From Harriotta raleighana (lineage: Eukaryota), in contig JBNZDD010013703.1 in NCBI GenBank assembly GCA_050575255.1, positions 6,707,502 to 6,771,501 of the forward strand: DNA of 64,000 bases, in the 5' to 3' direction. How positions within the stretch are numbered: position 1 is the first letter of the stretch; each line of letters begins with the position of its first letter. The position numbers and the translations under genes were made by a program. The notes under the pieces are model-generated. The model had not been told where the DNA came from and did no database searches. It saw only the letters and a program-made list of their open reading frames with translations. Shown here piece after piece: positions 50,625 to 64,000 of this stretch.

Positions 50625-51020
50625 AACTTGGTTGAGATGGTAGCACTCTTACCTTTGAGTCAAAACACTCTGAGTTCAAGCTTCATTTCAGGTCACTGAA
50701 CTCACATAGTCTAGATTGAGACCTCAACACTTCAGTTTTGAAGACCTTTTGGATTAGATCTTCAACCAAAGTCCCATCTGCCCGAAAGGGATGGACATTA
50801 AAGATCTCGTGACACAACTTGAAAAGGTAATAGAATTTCTCCTGGCGTCCTGACCAACAAAACTCGAAATAAAATTGATCATTCACTTCATTGCTGTTTG
50901 TGGGATATTGCTGTGCGCAAATTGATTCTCATGATTGCCTACAAATTACACCATCATTGTACTTTAAAGTAAAATCCAGTGAAGCACTTTTAGAATTCCT
51001 GCTGATTTGAAAGACTACGA
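50625..51020 (+). mobile_element. Near full-length old Deu-domain SINE
   Basis: Head ggtagcactcttacctttgagtca..gagttcaag, core ggatggacattaaagatc..tctcctggcgtcctgacca, 3' ttgctgtttgtgggatattgctgtgcgcaaattg. Confidence 0.78.
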
Positions 51021-51224
51021 TAATTCAGCCATTTTGGATAAATTAAAACCTCTCACCATTCAGCCCCCTTCCCCCCCGACACCCACCCACCTAGACACCA
51101 CCAATTAAAGAATGTTCCATGGAGTTTATTCCCACCCATCAGTGGATGATACTAGATTCTCATCGCAAGAATGTTTAACTGACTGCTAGACTGTATACAC
51201 TTGTGTAACCAGTTCTGTGGCCCA

Positions 51225-51425
51225 CAATTTGTCATGTTCTTAAGTCTTAAAATTTAAGACATTTTGAAAAATGGTTTTAAATATAATCCTAATTTCAAGG
51301 GTCATTTTCCGCAGCAAGAAAGAACACCAGAAAATTGGCTTCCAAATTAATAATGAATAAAATAGTAATTCTAAATTAAGACTTAATTTAAGATTGTCTT
51401 CCAAAATTTGGCACAATTTTAGATT
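51225..51425. mobile_element. CTTAAG-rich foldback-like element (copy 3, very degenerate)
   Basis: gtcatgttcttaagtcttaaaatttaagac...aaattaagacttaatttaagattgtctt. Confidence 0.35.
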
Positions 51426-52258
51426 CACATCACAGGGCTCACATCTGAAGTTCCAACAATACAATACAATTTACATATAAATAGTGCTTTTGATATCGAG
51501 AGGACATCTCAAAGCACTCAACAATCCCAGGACTGGGAGCTGAGTGATGTGAGGGACAGATGGGGCCTGACGGGGATGGAGAAGGGAAAGTGCGGTCAAA
51601 AAGGTACATTTAATAAGACTATTGGTGCTGTATTAATCCAAGTTAGAGCAAAATGCCAAACACTGTTCTACAGTCACATTGCCAAGGTTGGTAATATTCC
51701 TGACCAGCTGAGAATTGTGTCCGATTGTCTGCCAACATCAGTAAAATTCATAATATGCAGAATGTCAATACTGTACTCAAGAGTAATACTCACAGCTGAA
51801 GAGTCTTGTTATCAACTGACTTGACTAGGGTTTTCTGCCTGTAAAGATCTTTCGATGAAGAATCACGTCAAAGATGGAGCTACTTCAATGATTAATATAA
51901 ATCTTTCCGTTGATAAGCAGTAGGAGTGTTGTTGTTTGGCCAGTTCCAGGTCTATTTGCCATAAACCAAAGCTCAGTCTGTGTGTAGTTAGGATAAACTT
52001 GTCTGTTTGTAAAAAATTATTCCCGCAGTGCTCAAGAACTTACTGATAGGAAGCAAGACTGAAATTAGCCTGCAAGTTTGCCAGTTCTGGAAGATTTTAA
52101 GATCCCATCACACTATTTGAAAAAAGACAGCATTTCCTCACAGCTGTGGCTCATTGCTGCGTACAAATTGGCTGCGATGTATGCCTACAATTACACATTC
52201 TATACACTTTACAATAAATCTAGTGAAGCATTTTGAGATGTGATAAGGAGCCATTATC

Positions 52259-52765
52259 AGAGTCCTGTAGCTTAGTGATTGGAGCACTTGTCTCACAAGT
52301 GAGAAGATTTGGGTTTGATTCCCGACTAGGATGAAATGGGCAAATGCCTCTGTTTACCTATCAGTAACTAAGAATCTGATTATTAATCAATTGGTGGATT
52401 GTTTTACTGTGGGAAATATTCCCTTGAAAATAATAATACTGTAGTAATACTTTGGTCACTCAATCCATGACTATTGTGGGACACTGTTGTGCACAATTGG
52501 TCACCTCATTTCATCTACAAATCTACAATTAAGTACAGTTTATTCTGCGAAGTGCTTNCAATATTCCCTTGAAAATAATAATACTGTAGTAATAATTTGG
52601 TCACTCAATCCTTGACTATTGTGGGACACTGTTGTGCACAATTGGTCACCTAATTTCATCTACAAATCTACAATTAAGTACAGTTTATTCTGCGAAGTGC
52701 TTTGAGACTTATCGAAGACATATCAAATTCAAAAGTATTATTATATAAAATGCAAGGATTATTAT
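52259..52765 (+). mobile_element. SINE family A (long form) with N-flanked duplication, preceded by a Deu-SINE 3' part (52095-52255)
   Basis: gagtcctgtagcttagtgattggagcacttgtctcacaagtgag..tgcctctgtttacct; N at 52558. Confidence 0.82.
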
Positions 52766-54264
52766 GCTTATATAATTATTGTGCAGTTGCAGTATAGCAT
52801 GTCTACTGTCCATTTTTTAATGGGATCAATTGTATCATTTATATTGTTGAAAATCCACTTAAACAACACCAACAACAAAATTACATTTATAGAGCGCCTT
52901 TCACGTTGGGAGGACATCCCAAGGCACTAATTAAAGCCTGGTACATAATATGATGGATTAATAATGTGACGGCAACTGTGTTTGTGGTTTAACTGTGGGA
53001 AGATTAGAGAACGGGGTAACAACACTGATAATAATGTAATAATCCTTGCATTTGATACAACATCTTATCATGTATGAAAGTGCTTCACATTGGATTATCT
53101 TATTTATAGGAAGCTATGAAGAAACAAACAAGACGAGTCAAAAGGAATGTTAAGTAATTAAATCATTTTAGTAATGGGCACAAATCACAATAAATTGCAT
53201 TTAGAGAGCACCTTCGGGTAAAATAACATCTGAAAGTGCTTAACAACGCGGGCAAAACATAATAAGAATTTACAAGTGACTAAGTGATGAAGTACAGTAG
53301 AACATTTTTGATGGAGCAAGCTACCACGGCATAAAGTATTTGTGGGAAGAGTCCATCGAATGAGGGAAGAAATCCTTTATTCAAGAAAATAAACATTTTA
53401 TAATTTAGGAATATGGAGTGTGGGCATGCAGCTTTCTCTACAGTGGAGCTGCAAACTGCAGAGGATGTTGACTTTGGTGCAGAAACCAGTCTGCTGGGAC
53501 CCATATTATGCAAACAGTTTTATATTCAAATGTTGCTGTGAGTCACAAAAGAATATAAATAACTTATTTGCATTTTCTCACAATGAGGGTGTAAACAGCA
53601 GTCAGGTAGCCCTGGCACTATTGGACTGCATAAAAATGGCCCAAATCTTTTGGCATTAATTAAACCTCAATCACTGTTTGGAACACAGCAACAGAATAAA
53701 TGATGCCTGACAATTTTGCTGTTTCTCATTAAACTGCTGACTAAAAGATTGGCAGTGTTTCCATTATTAGTTAAACAAATTGACTTCAAGAAGAGAATAG
53801 ATATTCCCTGAAAATAAAACGAAGCCTCTGAAAAACCCAGTTGCAAATCTGGATAAAGGTTCTGCTTTAGACTGTCACAAAAAGGACCTGTTGGTGAACA
53901 AGGTGGTGAAGCCATCTTCAATTCCATATTGTGGTGAAGGCAGAAACAGTTCCCTCACTTTTCCAGCCGTGAACAAGAATTCTGACACAAACAGTGATGT
54001 GCTGCTCTGACAATAACACTCTCCTAATGAAGTCAGGTTCTGAGATGTAACATTACAGGAGTTGAAGAATAGAACATGCCAAGAAAGAAGTTGAAAGAAA
54101 CCGAGCAATGTCAACTGACTTGTCTGGTCAGCACATCCAACATTGTGAGCCAGGCAATACACAAACAAAGCACATAAGTTACTGTGCTATCTGGCCGAGT
54201 CAGTTGAGTTCAGATCCTTACAAACCATACTCAAGCTGCACAGTGCTCTAGTCACCCTGTATAT

Positions 54265-54592
54265 GTGGAACTCCGGTAGCTCAGTGGTTAGAGCACTCGT
54301 CTTACAAGCGTGAGATCTGTGTTTGAATCCATGCAGATCAGGGCAAAACCTTGGGGAAGTTTCCTTACTCCACATGCCTAATAATAATCCATTCAAAAAA
54401 AAACACAATAATAAAAATTGGTCATTTCAACCCATGACTGTTTGTGGGACACTGCTGTCCGCAATTGGCTGCCGGGTTTTGCCCACAAATATACAGTCAA
54501 TTCACATTACAGTATATTCCGTGAAGCGCTTTGAGAGGTCGATAAGATGTGAAAAGAGCAATATCAAATGCAAGGATTATTATTATTATTAT
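54265..54592 (+). mobile_element. Young full-length SINE family A with target-site duplication
   Basis: Head gtggaactccggtagctcagtggttagagcactcgtcttacaagcgtgag, (ATT)n tail, TGTATAT at 54258-54264 and 54593-54599. Confidence 0.92.
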
Positions 54593-56055
54593 TGTATATG
54601 GAGCATTGTGTAAGATTCAGGTCAGATTGACATAAAGTGCTACCCAGACCCCAATGGCAAAATAGAGGAAAACAATGATGCTAATGTTTGAGAGATGTTT
54701 AATCATCCTTGAAAAGAGACATCTGAGAATGCAACTTATTGAGATATACAAGATGCTTACTAAGATAGCAAAGCAAAATTTGAACCATACAACAACAACA
54801 ACTTGGATTTATATAGTGCCCTTAATGTAGTCCAGAATGCTTTCAGATACTTTCAGATACACCAAGAAAGAAGACAAGAGGTTCAGTGTTGTATAGGGCA
54901 ATTTTATGACAGGTAACCAGAAAGATTTATTTACATGGAGGGTAATCTGCGAGGAAGTGTGTTTTAGACTAGTTTCAATTGCCTGTGTTATTTGAAACAT
55001 CTCAAACAGATCATCAATTAACTTTCTTGGTTTTGTAGATTAATGTCAAGCTCATCAAGTTCTCTCATCAAAGATAAGTCTCTGCATTCCATCTATTAAT
55101 TTGAGGAATAAGAATATAACAATCTTCACATTTGACACAGAGCTTTTCAGAGAGTTTACAAAATATATTGCAAAGTGTAGTAACTGTGCATTTTGTAAAG
55201 GAAAGTCATTTAGTTTCAAATTAAACAGTTAATTAAAATTTGTAATCAGTTCGTGAGAGGATTTTTTTGATTCATATAAATCCTATTTGGCAATAAAATC
55301 TAGGGAGATTTGTACCAATTCCTTGCTGATTGATGGATCGAGTGGTTACTAAAGCTTGTGGAACGCAGGAGTGTCAAGTAATCAATAATGATGCAGATAG
55401 TTGCTGTTTTCAGTTTGCTTTTGTTTATACATGAAGAACACTGCCAAAGTAAATTCTTTAAAATTCCTTGTAGTTGCTTAAAGTCCATATTGAGTGGCCT
55501 CGCTTTTATATACTACAATGTTTGCTGCCATGGAAGTGTTTTCATCTTAGACAAGATATTAAATAAGTGATTACTGTATTTAGCATTTTGTTGCACAATG
55601 CCCATAGAATAAAATAGGGCCCTTTAAAGTAACTAAAATTAACCACTTTTAATTAGATAAGCATTACTTCTTTAATTGAATGATGTTATTCCCTGCTTGT
55701 CAGTAAATTTCTGAAAGCAACATCTGTCTATACAACTTTCTTTGTAGTTAGCCAAGTGGGACATGCAGTGCCTATCATTTTGCTGAAATGATACGAATGA
55801 TAAAATTATTATAATTTGACCACAAATATACAGTCAATTCACTTTACAGTATAATGTGTTAAGCGCTTTGAGATGTCTAGAAGATGTGAAAAGCGCTATA
55901 TCAAATTCAAGGATTATTAATATTATTAAATAATAATAATGATAATAATAAAAATAATCCTTGTATTTGATATAGTGTCTTATCATGTCAAAATATGCAC
56001 TGCCTTAAAATGCCATTGATATAGAATTGATTGCTTGAATTTAAAATGGAGCTAG

Positions 56056-56366
56056 AATAATAATATTAATCCTTGCATTTTTGATATAGCATTTTTCAAG
56101 TCTTCTATACATTTCAAGGTGCTTCACAGAATATACTATAAACTCGATTGAGTGATATTTGTGGGTGAAATGTGGCAGCGAATTGCCCACAGCAGTGTCC
56201 CACAAACAGTCATAGATTGAAATGACCAATTTTTTCTTTGAGGGATTATTATTAAATATATGGAATAAGGAAACTTGCCCAAGGTTTCGCCCTGAGCTGC
56301 CTGGATTCAAACACAGGTCTCACGCTTGTAAGGCAAGTGCTCTAACCATTCAGCCACAGGACTTCA
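56056..56366 (-). mobile_element. SINE family A (short form, TAC-loop); a + strand 3' fragment lies at 55818-55925
   Basis: taaggaaacttgcccaaggtttcgccctga..cacgcttgtaaggcaagtgctctaacc. Confidence 0.88.
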
Positions 56367-58214
56367 CAAAGGATACTTGTGGTGTTATAGTGTTAAGGGA
56401 TATATATGAAAGGAATGGCTGAAAATGGGATATAAAGATTTGCTATGATCTACTAAAATGGCAGCCCAGCCTCTGCAGACTCGAAGCAAGATTTCAACTC
56501 AAATCTTATTGAATCTCGTGACTGTGTTACATCCAGGGACTCCCTGGAGAAAATATTCTTTATATTATAGGTGTTTTACTTGTGGCCAATCATTGAGAAC
56601 ATCCCTTTTTAGACATTACTCTGCTTCGTTGAGAAAAATCTGAATGAAGTGGTCTGAAACTTTCCTTCATGGAGGAAGCTGACATAAGATTGTGCTTTGT
56701 ATCAGTGCTGAAATGACAAGGAATGTTTGGTTGGGGAGTAAGTAAACTAAAATCTCCCTAACACCATTTTACAGCCTCTGGTCAAAGTATCAATTTCACA
56801 AATGACAGAGTGCGATTTCTTTAAATGTGTATCATAACACACACCAGTTTAGTTTACAAGTGAATGATTCCAACTATGGTCATCTTTCATGCATTCAAAA
56901 GTTCCTCTTTTGTCCAACATATTCTTCCCTTGGGACGTCTTCCCGATATGAATAAAAATTAAATAAAAATTACATTCAGATATATTTTTTTGTTTATTGG
57001 TGTTATTCCATAACAAATAAAGCTCTATGTTTCCCGAACGTCAATGCTACATGTGATGTACTAGTCTTAAAGCTTTACTGCTTTAAAAATGTGACATTTT
57101 TACACTTGCTTGCTTGACAATAACAACAAGATTACATTTGTGTAGCACTTTTCACATCAGGAGGATGTACCAAAGTGACTCAAAGTGGCTTTGAATCATT
57201 TTGATTTGTTGTCACCAAATAATCAAGGCACCAACCACTGTATCATCCACTGACTAACTGTCCATCATCAACACTGTATGTAATCTGTCCTTTGCCTACA
57301 CCCCTAAGATATTTTCATATATTCATACAGACAAGACATCTGAGGGTGATTTTCCTATCACTGTCTATATTGCTATTAAAGGAAGATGATCAAAGGAAGG
57401 CTCTCAACTCTAATGTATAGATTCTGTACCCCAGTATCTTGTGTAGTACATTACTCAAGTAAAGTCAACAATGGTTAATAATCAGAGAAAATAGTGATCT
57501 TGGATGCAAGACATGATAGAATTTTAGAAAATGACCCCAAGAATTTATATGTTGCAGTGGGTACTCATTTTGCATAATCAGGATGGTGACTTAAGTTCCT
57601 TTATTCAGTGAAGTGTTGATTTATCAGTACACTGCTTACTGGGAGGCCAATGGAGTGGCAATATGTCTTGCAGCTCAGTGAAGTGCAATGTCCTGAAATT
57701 GTGTAATGAAACTTGAAAAGGGTAGCTTCAAAGATAAACCAAGATAACATGTGGAAGTGCTACAATTCAAAACATCTGTTGAAAGGGTTCTTTTGTCAAC
57801 CATTATTAAAATGACTGGCTGTGAGCTTCTTAGAATAAAATCTTTATTGGTTTCACGACTTACTGGAAGCATTCGACTTGACATTTATAGAAATAACTGC
57901 TTATCAGCAGGCACCAAGGATTACTTTGTGCAAGTTGGAAAGGTTATAATGACATTGTTACAGCACTTTGCAGATGCACTGATTATGATTCAATTCATAT
58001 ACACAACACAAGAGAAATATTGTTTTCCACCAAACATCTAACTGTAATTTTAATGAGGAATTTTATGCATTTTAACTGAAACCAATGCTATGATTCAATC
58101 ACCTATTCCATGCTGTTTGGAAATATATATCAAGCAGAATGTTTAATGTGGTATAGAATAAAATATTGTGATTAGATTAATTTATGAAATGGGCAGCACA
58201 TGCTTGAAGAATGG

Positions 58215-58875
58215 TGATTTTGTTTGATCAGCTGGGTGTGTATGTGTGGAAATCAATCACCATGCTTGAGAATATCCAAACCATATATGTTAACTACCCA
58301 TGCATAGAAATGATCTTTAACAAAGCGTGTAATCTCCCTGGAGGGATGCATCCTGCTTACATTATTCTGGATTCCCAAGGATTTGCAACAGCTGGCAAAA
58401 GCCATTTTAGGTGTGTGTTTAGCGTCCTCCTGACGTGAAAGGCGCTATACAAATGTAATTTTATTGTTGTTGTTGTTGCTGGAGTTTCTAACTCACAACG
58501 TTCGACAATCAGATGGGTCCTTGGTTTAACATCTCATCCAAAGGACGGTNTTGCTGGAGTTTCTAACTCACAATGTTCGACAATCAGATGGGTCCTTGGT
58601 TTAACATCTCATCCAAAGGACGGTAATTCCAACCATTAGGGATTCTAGCCACAGGGTTAATAGGAGCTGAGTTGAGAGAATCCCTGCTCCCAATCACTGA
58701 TCTGGTTTTGCAAGTCCTGCTGACCAGTCAGGCTGGGACAATGGAATACCGTGTCCCAGCGTGGCTCAGGAACTGGATTACTGAGGCGGTCAAGGAGGGT
58801 TAATTCAATTGCGACAATCCATCGGCAAGCACATACCACAAGGTGGCTGCAAGTTCAGCCTCAAGGAGACCCACA
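58215..58875 (+). repeat. Family X copy 5, interrupted by an L2 tail and Deu fragment (about 58410-58640)
   Basis: 5' part tttgatcagctgg..aatcaatcaccatgc..ggagggatgcatcctgcttac. The 3' part ggagctgagttgagagaatccctgctcccaatcactg..ggctcaggaac..caattgcgacaatccatcggcaagcacat aligns with the reverse complement of 25400-25610. Confidence 0.65.
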
Positions 58876-60524
58876 TAAGGATGATAATCATGCTGCTGGT
58901 GAAACAACAACATTCAATTAGAATTAGAAAAGCATTATTAAGTACTGGATTCAAACACATTTATCCTGTTGATGTGAGGTTGGGCTGCACAATTGACTGT
59001 AATGAAAAAAAATCCATTTAATAGCATTCATTACTCAAGCAATATGTAATATACAGTTCCAGAATACTAGATATTGTGTGGGACCTTGTGAACTTTCCAG
59101 AACAAATCCTATTTGATTCTAAATAACAATTTGTAAATCCAATATATTGTCTTTGAAATAATTTAATTGAAATGTAATTGTTTCTTATCCTTGAAGAAAG
59201 AAGAAGATGGTTATTTATCTCACCTGTGTTTCTTGTACTAAATTCAGCCTCCATAAAATAGGGGTTGAATGGTTTGGTCTTTCTCTGCATGAACAGTTGA
59301 AGTTGTTCATTGTTCATCTGAAAAGATATTCTGTACAATTGTATGCACAATTTGTAGCCTCCCTTGGATTTTCACTCTCTGATTCAGTATTTCTCAACTG
59401 TAATTAAAAATTTAGTTGAAATCTGCAACTTGGAGTTTGGAACAGATTCAACACCCTGACGGTTTTTACTGGGAGCACGGATTCATTGACCCTGCAAAAG
59501 TCGGGCAGTGACATATTCGGATTCAGAAAGTATATTTATTTATACTGTATCCAGCAACATTCACACTCTTTAAAAATACAATTAACATTTGTTTTCAATT
59601 TAATTATATCTGGGTTGTATTCGCTAAATCAACCGATATCTCCATTTTGTGGTGTCAAGACTAAATCCTTCAGAAGTTGACTAGGTCAGACTTGAACACA
59701 AATTTAGATCTTAAGTCCCACCTTGTTGCTTACTGATACAGGTATACCTGCAAATAGCTTTCATTATATTTATTGGTAAGCTAAGTGAAGCAATAGTATT
59801 GTTCATATTTAGCATTTGCAATTGCAAATTATTGTGAAACACATCCGTTTATGTAGAACTAAGAAGTTAGTTAATACAAATGCTGTTGGAGCTAATACCA
59901 TCAGAGTATTGAAAATGAATTGGATACATGCTTGATTAGAGAAAAGGGGTTTAGATAAGAATCCTTGCATTTTGACATTTAATACAGTGCCTTATATCAT
60001 TGAAATATCTCAAAGCGCTTCAGAGATTATACAATACAGTGAAGTGATGTGACTGTGTATTTTGGGGCAAATACTAGTATAAATTTCCACATATCAATTT
60101 TCTACAATAAACCAAGAAGGGAGTTACCAACTTTATTTGTGGGATTGTTGTCCAGTGCTGAGTTAGCATCAGCACATGCATGTTAATGGAATCTTTCTTT
60201 GCTTGTATGCTTTCCATGATTTAACAATTCACCGCTTCCAAAAGCCAAAGGTAATTTTAATGCAGCATTTTGCACAAGTATTGCTAGTATTCTTACAATA
60301 CTACTTTTTGACAGCTAGTTTACGACAAAGTTTTTGAAAAGAAACATCAACTTGAATTTATATAGCGCCTGTCACACCAGAGCGTGTCTTGGAGTGCTTA
60401 AAAGAATTAGCTGGAAGAATATACCAATAAAGGAATGGCCTAGACCTACTTGACTGTAACTGTTCAAAGGTGATTTGAGACAACAGCAACAAAAAAATAA
60501 TCTAAAATATGTTTAGATCTTATC

Positions 60525-60988
60525 CCGCACCAAACTTCGCTCCCCCATTAGCCCCGTCCTTGCCAGCCTCCACTGGCTCCCTGTCTCTGAGAGGATCGAT
60601 TTCCTCACCCTTGTCTTCAAATCCCTCCACTCCTCTGCACCCCCCCTATCTCTCTGACCACCTCTCTCCTCAAACCATCACCTGTTGCCTTCGCTCCACT
60701 GGGTCTGGCCTCCTCCATGTCCCCCGAATCCTCTGCTCCACCCTCGGCAGCCGTGCCTTCAGCCACTATGCCCTGAGGCTCTGGAACTCCCTTCCTCACT
60801 CCCTTCTCCTCGCCCTTCTTTTCCCAGTTTCAGGTCCCAGCTAAAGACCTTTCTGTTTGACCGCGCCTTTGGTCACCTTTCTACCCCTGCCCCTGGATTG
60901 GTCCAGGATCCGCTATTATGAAGCGCTCTGAGACGGCATCCAGTGTGGAGGGCGCTATATAAATCATATATAAAGTTGTTGTTGTTGC
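60525..60988 (+). mobile_element. L2-clade 3' fragment (tail B)
   Basis: PPYLSDHLSPQTITCCLRSTGSGLLHVPRILCSTLGSRAFSHYALRLWNSLP..QLKTFLFDRAF; tail gtggagggcgctatataaatc..gttgttgttg. Confidence 0.9.
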
Positions 60989-61591
60989 TATGCTGTAATG
61001 AGCATTGGTGAATAAATAACTATTCTTAGATTTGCTCCAGTCTGTTTATTTACATATTCCTGATTATAGTTTGCGTGACTCTCTTTGCTGGATTTGCTCC
61101 AAACCCTGTATGAATTACTAAACAGAATCTTAGAGTCAGAAGATTACAATATGACTCATGAGAAAATTGTAATGTGTGTTTAGAAATGCAATCACAGTAT
61201 CACCTTGGTGACGCAGTCCGGTGTGGAGGGCGCTATGTAAATCAAAGTTGTTGTTGTTGTATTAAAATGGTGTCCCTGATGAATAGAGTGGAGATTTCTT
61301 TATGCGGAAAATAATTAGTGACTGGAATGGGTTATCAGGAAGATATTCAGACCACGGCACTGTACTCATTTACAGCAATAGGGCAGGGTGGGTATTTTGG
61401 AAGGATGAGATCAAATGGGCCAAAGGGTCTTCTTCATCTTATTCTGTCTTGTGATCTTGTGGGTTGTGCCCAAACTGACAAAATAAATTATTGGCACCAA
61501 TAATGGCGGTAGAGCAATCACTGCTGGTTTGTATCTGGATCTTTAGATTACTTTCTATCTTTTCCCCAGCACAGATAAAACATGATGTTAT

Positions 61592-62525
61592 AACAACAAC
61601 AAAATTACATTTGTAGAGCACTTTCATGTCAGGAGGACGTCCCAAGGCACTGGAAAGGTGTTTCAGACCTTAGCTGGGCTCTGGATTTGGGAAGGTAGAG
61701 GGAACGGAAGGGAGTGGACCTTTGAACAGAAGGATCTTGAGGTGAGACTTGAAGGAGGCTAGGAAGGGGGCGAGGTGGAGGGATTGTCGGATGGAATTCC
61801 AGAGGTTGGGGCAGAGTGGAGGAAGGCTTGACTGCCAATGGTGGACTGGATGGGTAGGGGGACATCGAGCAGGCTGGAGCGCATTGAGCAGAGGGGGCGG
61901 GGAGATTGCTGGGGTTTTGGAGGTTGCAGAGGTAGGGTGGGGCAATGTTCTGGAGGGCTTTAACGGTGAGGAACAAGATCTTGAATTGAGTCCTCTGGGT
62001 GATGGGGAGCCAATCGAGTTGGGCAAGAATGCGGGAGATGGGATCACAGAGCTTGGTGGGGAGAGGACATAGGCTGCAAAGTTCTTGATGATCTATAGCC
62101 TATTGAGGGAGGAGTTGGGAAGGCCGATAAGTTGGGTGTCGGCATAATCGAGCCTGGATGTGATGAAAGGATGAAAGTGGCCTGAAGGTTGAGGTAATGG
62201 TGGAGTCAGACAATGTTGCAGGGGTGAGTGAAGGCAGAGTGGATCAGGGCTTGGATACGGGGAAGGAAAGACAGTTGAGGATCAACCGAGACACCTATGT
62301 TCCTGACTGGCTGATGAGGTGGAGTGTGCAACAATGGAGGTTGATGCTGCCAGTGCCTGAGGTCTCAACATACTGGCCTGAGTACCAAGGAGGAGTATAG
62401 ATATTGAAAAGTAGGGGGCCAAGGATGGAGCCCTGGAGGATGCCTGAGGAGACAGTGCGGGTGGCTGGAGGAGAAGCCATTGGTGGCGACAAAAGGAGGC
62501 GGTGAGTGAGGTAAGAGTCAAACCA
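61592..62525 (-). mobile_element. L2-clade fragment with internal deletions (RT region to tail)
   Basis: SGILQGSILGPLLFNIY, LTVKALQNIAPPYL, LWNSIRQSLHLAPFLASFKSHLK; (AAC)n tail at 61592. Confidence 0.9.
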
Positions 62526-62586
62526 TTAGCATTAGGTACGAGCTTAAATTGGAGAATTTAAATTGGAGTTCTGAGGATTTGCTTTC

Positions 62587-62712
62587 CAGAGGCTAAAAAC
62601 TCTCATGGTTTTAACCTAAAAGATCCTAAAACACAAGATAAAACTTAATTGGGGAAAACTCTTAAATTCACAAGTTGACATTTTAAAACAATAGTCTTAA
62701 GGCTGAGGGAAT
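62587..62712. mobile_element. CTTAAG-rich foldback/MITE-like element (copy 4)
   Basis: ccagaggctaaaaactctcatggttttaacc...caatagtcttaaggctgag. Confidence 0.5.
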
Positions 62713-63100
62713 TGAATCTACAATTCATTGCTCATACTGTTTATGAAACTCCCTTTCTAGTTAATAAGCACGCACTTATTCATTTTTAAGATTTTATCAT
62801 AACACAGTTATCACTCCGACTCAATGTCACGTTTTACAGACAAGTATCACTCAGACATACTTCTTGTTACCTGAGTCATATGTAATCCTAGGGACAGCTT
62901 TTACATTGGCAATGCAATCAGAACCTCCATAAAACTGCATCAGTAACCACAGCAGCACAAAATACTGTACTCAGCACAAAACAATAAAGCGTCTTCCTTA
63001 CAAAGTATGTAAAGCACAGAAACAGGACACTCGGCCCAACCAAGTTCATCAGGTGTTTTTACTCCACACAAGTCTTCATCCATTCTCTACTCCGTCTTAC

Positions 63101-63340
63101 GTGGAATCCCTTAGCTTGGTAGTTAGAGCACTTGCTTCGCTAGTGAGAGGACCTGGGTTTGATTCCTAGACGGAGAAATGTTGGGCAAGTTTCCTTTCTC
63201 CATACACCTCTGTTTACCCAGCATTAAGTAGGAATGCAGTTGTTCGTCAATTGATAGATTGTTTGACTGGTTGTAATAATCCCTTACTTGTTTTTTTACA
63301 AATAAGAATTTGGTTTCTCAATCCACAACTGTATGTGACA
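63101..63340 (+). mobile_element. SINE family A (long form), 3'-truncated
   Basis: gtggaatcccttagcttggtagttagagcacttgc..gggtttgattcc..ttgggcaagtttcc..cctctgtttacccagcattaagtagg. Confidence 0.8.
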
Positions 63341-64000
63341 GAATCTAGAGATATTGATATTATATAAAATCCTCCTTGTATTTGATATTATTGGTTATTG
63401 AAGAACTACAGTACTTATTTGTATCTTATGTTAGAACCAGTGTCACCTGTACTATAGACATAAAGATAGTGGATGGATCTGCTCATCTGGGAACCATCTC
63501 CCAGCTTCATTGGCTGTCAGTGTTTGGTTGGTAATTATTTAGAATTGCTTGTAGAAGTTACTGACATTCATTTAGCATCAACTTGGCAACTGTGATGACA
63601 TCGCTTATGCAGTACACAGTGTAGAAAACAATTGACAAAAACTGTGTGACATTTGAATCCTGAGACATATCGCCTGTTAATATGACCCCTGCGGTCGATA
63701 AGCACTTTTGTACACTGGCAACTGCTGGCATAAAGTAAAGGAAAGCTGACAGGGCTGGCTGTTTGAGTCCATACTTACAAGTTATGTATTGGGCTTTTCT
63801 GAGTGCCATGTAATGGAAACACAGGACCTAATGTTCACAGAGGTTGATATGCAAGGACAATTCCCACTAAGAACAAATGTTTTATATTAAATAATTATCC
63901 TTGTATTTGATATAGTGCCTTCGTCAAGTCATTTCAAAGCTTCACAGGAATTCAAAGACTGTTCTAAAGAAGAGCAGAGGCTAAACAGAAAAAATAGATG

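Noticed and set aside
54265-54340. tRNA-Val-like sequences in SINE heads
   Set aside because: They continue directly into SINE body and tail, lack a proper acceptor stem and terminator, and occur in many diverged copies.

Overview
This is vertebrate nuclear DNA, AT-rich and gene-poor, not prokaryotic. The repeat repertoire (Deu-type SINEs, shark-type CR1/L2 LINEs, Penelope-like 3' ends) suggests a cartilaginous fish, possibly the elephant shark Callorhinchus milii; that is inference. The only convincing coding sequence is the large terminal exon of neurexophilin-1 (NXPH1, + strand, 30273-31034). It starts at an AG acceptor, so 1-30272 is probably intron and the rest is 3'UTR plus gene desert. 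Most other recognisable sequence is interspersed repeat: about 18 L2-clade fragments, several CR1 fragments, an old Deu-domain SINE, a younger abundant tRNA-headed SINE with a CORE-like middle and a Deu/L2-like 3' end, three Tigger/pogo-like MITEs with TA duplications, a probable solo LTR, and two Penelope-like 3' remnants carrying decayed minimal hammerhead ribozymes. Two dispersed repeat families could not be named. All 13 single N bases sit between direct duplications that look like assembly artefacts. I found no novel protein-coding system. The best leads are the hammerhead-bearing Penelope remnants, an unclassified ~550 bp repeat (5 copies), the chimeric SINE and a candidate octamer+CRE enhancer. 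Repeat boundaries were read by eye and are approximate unless TIR/TSD coordinates are given.
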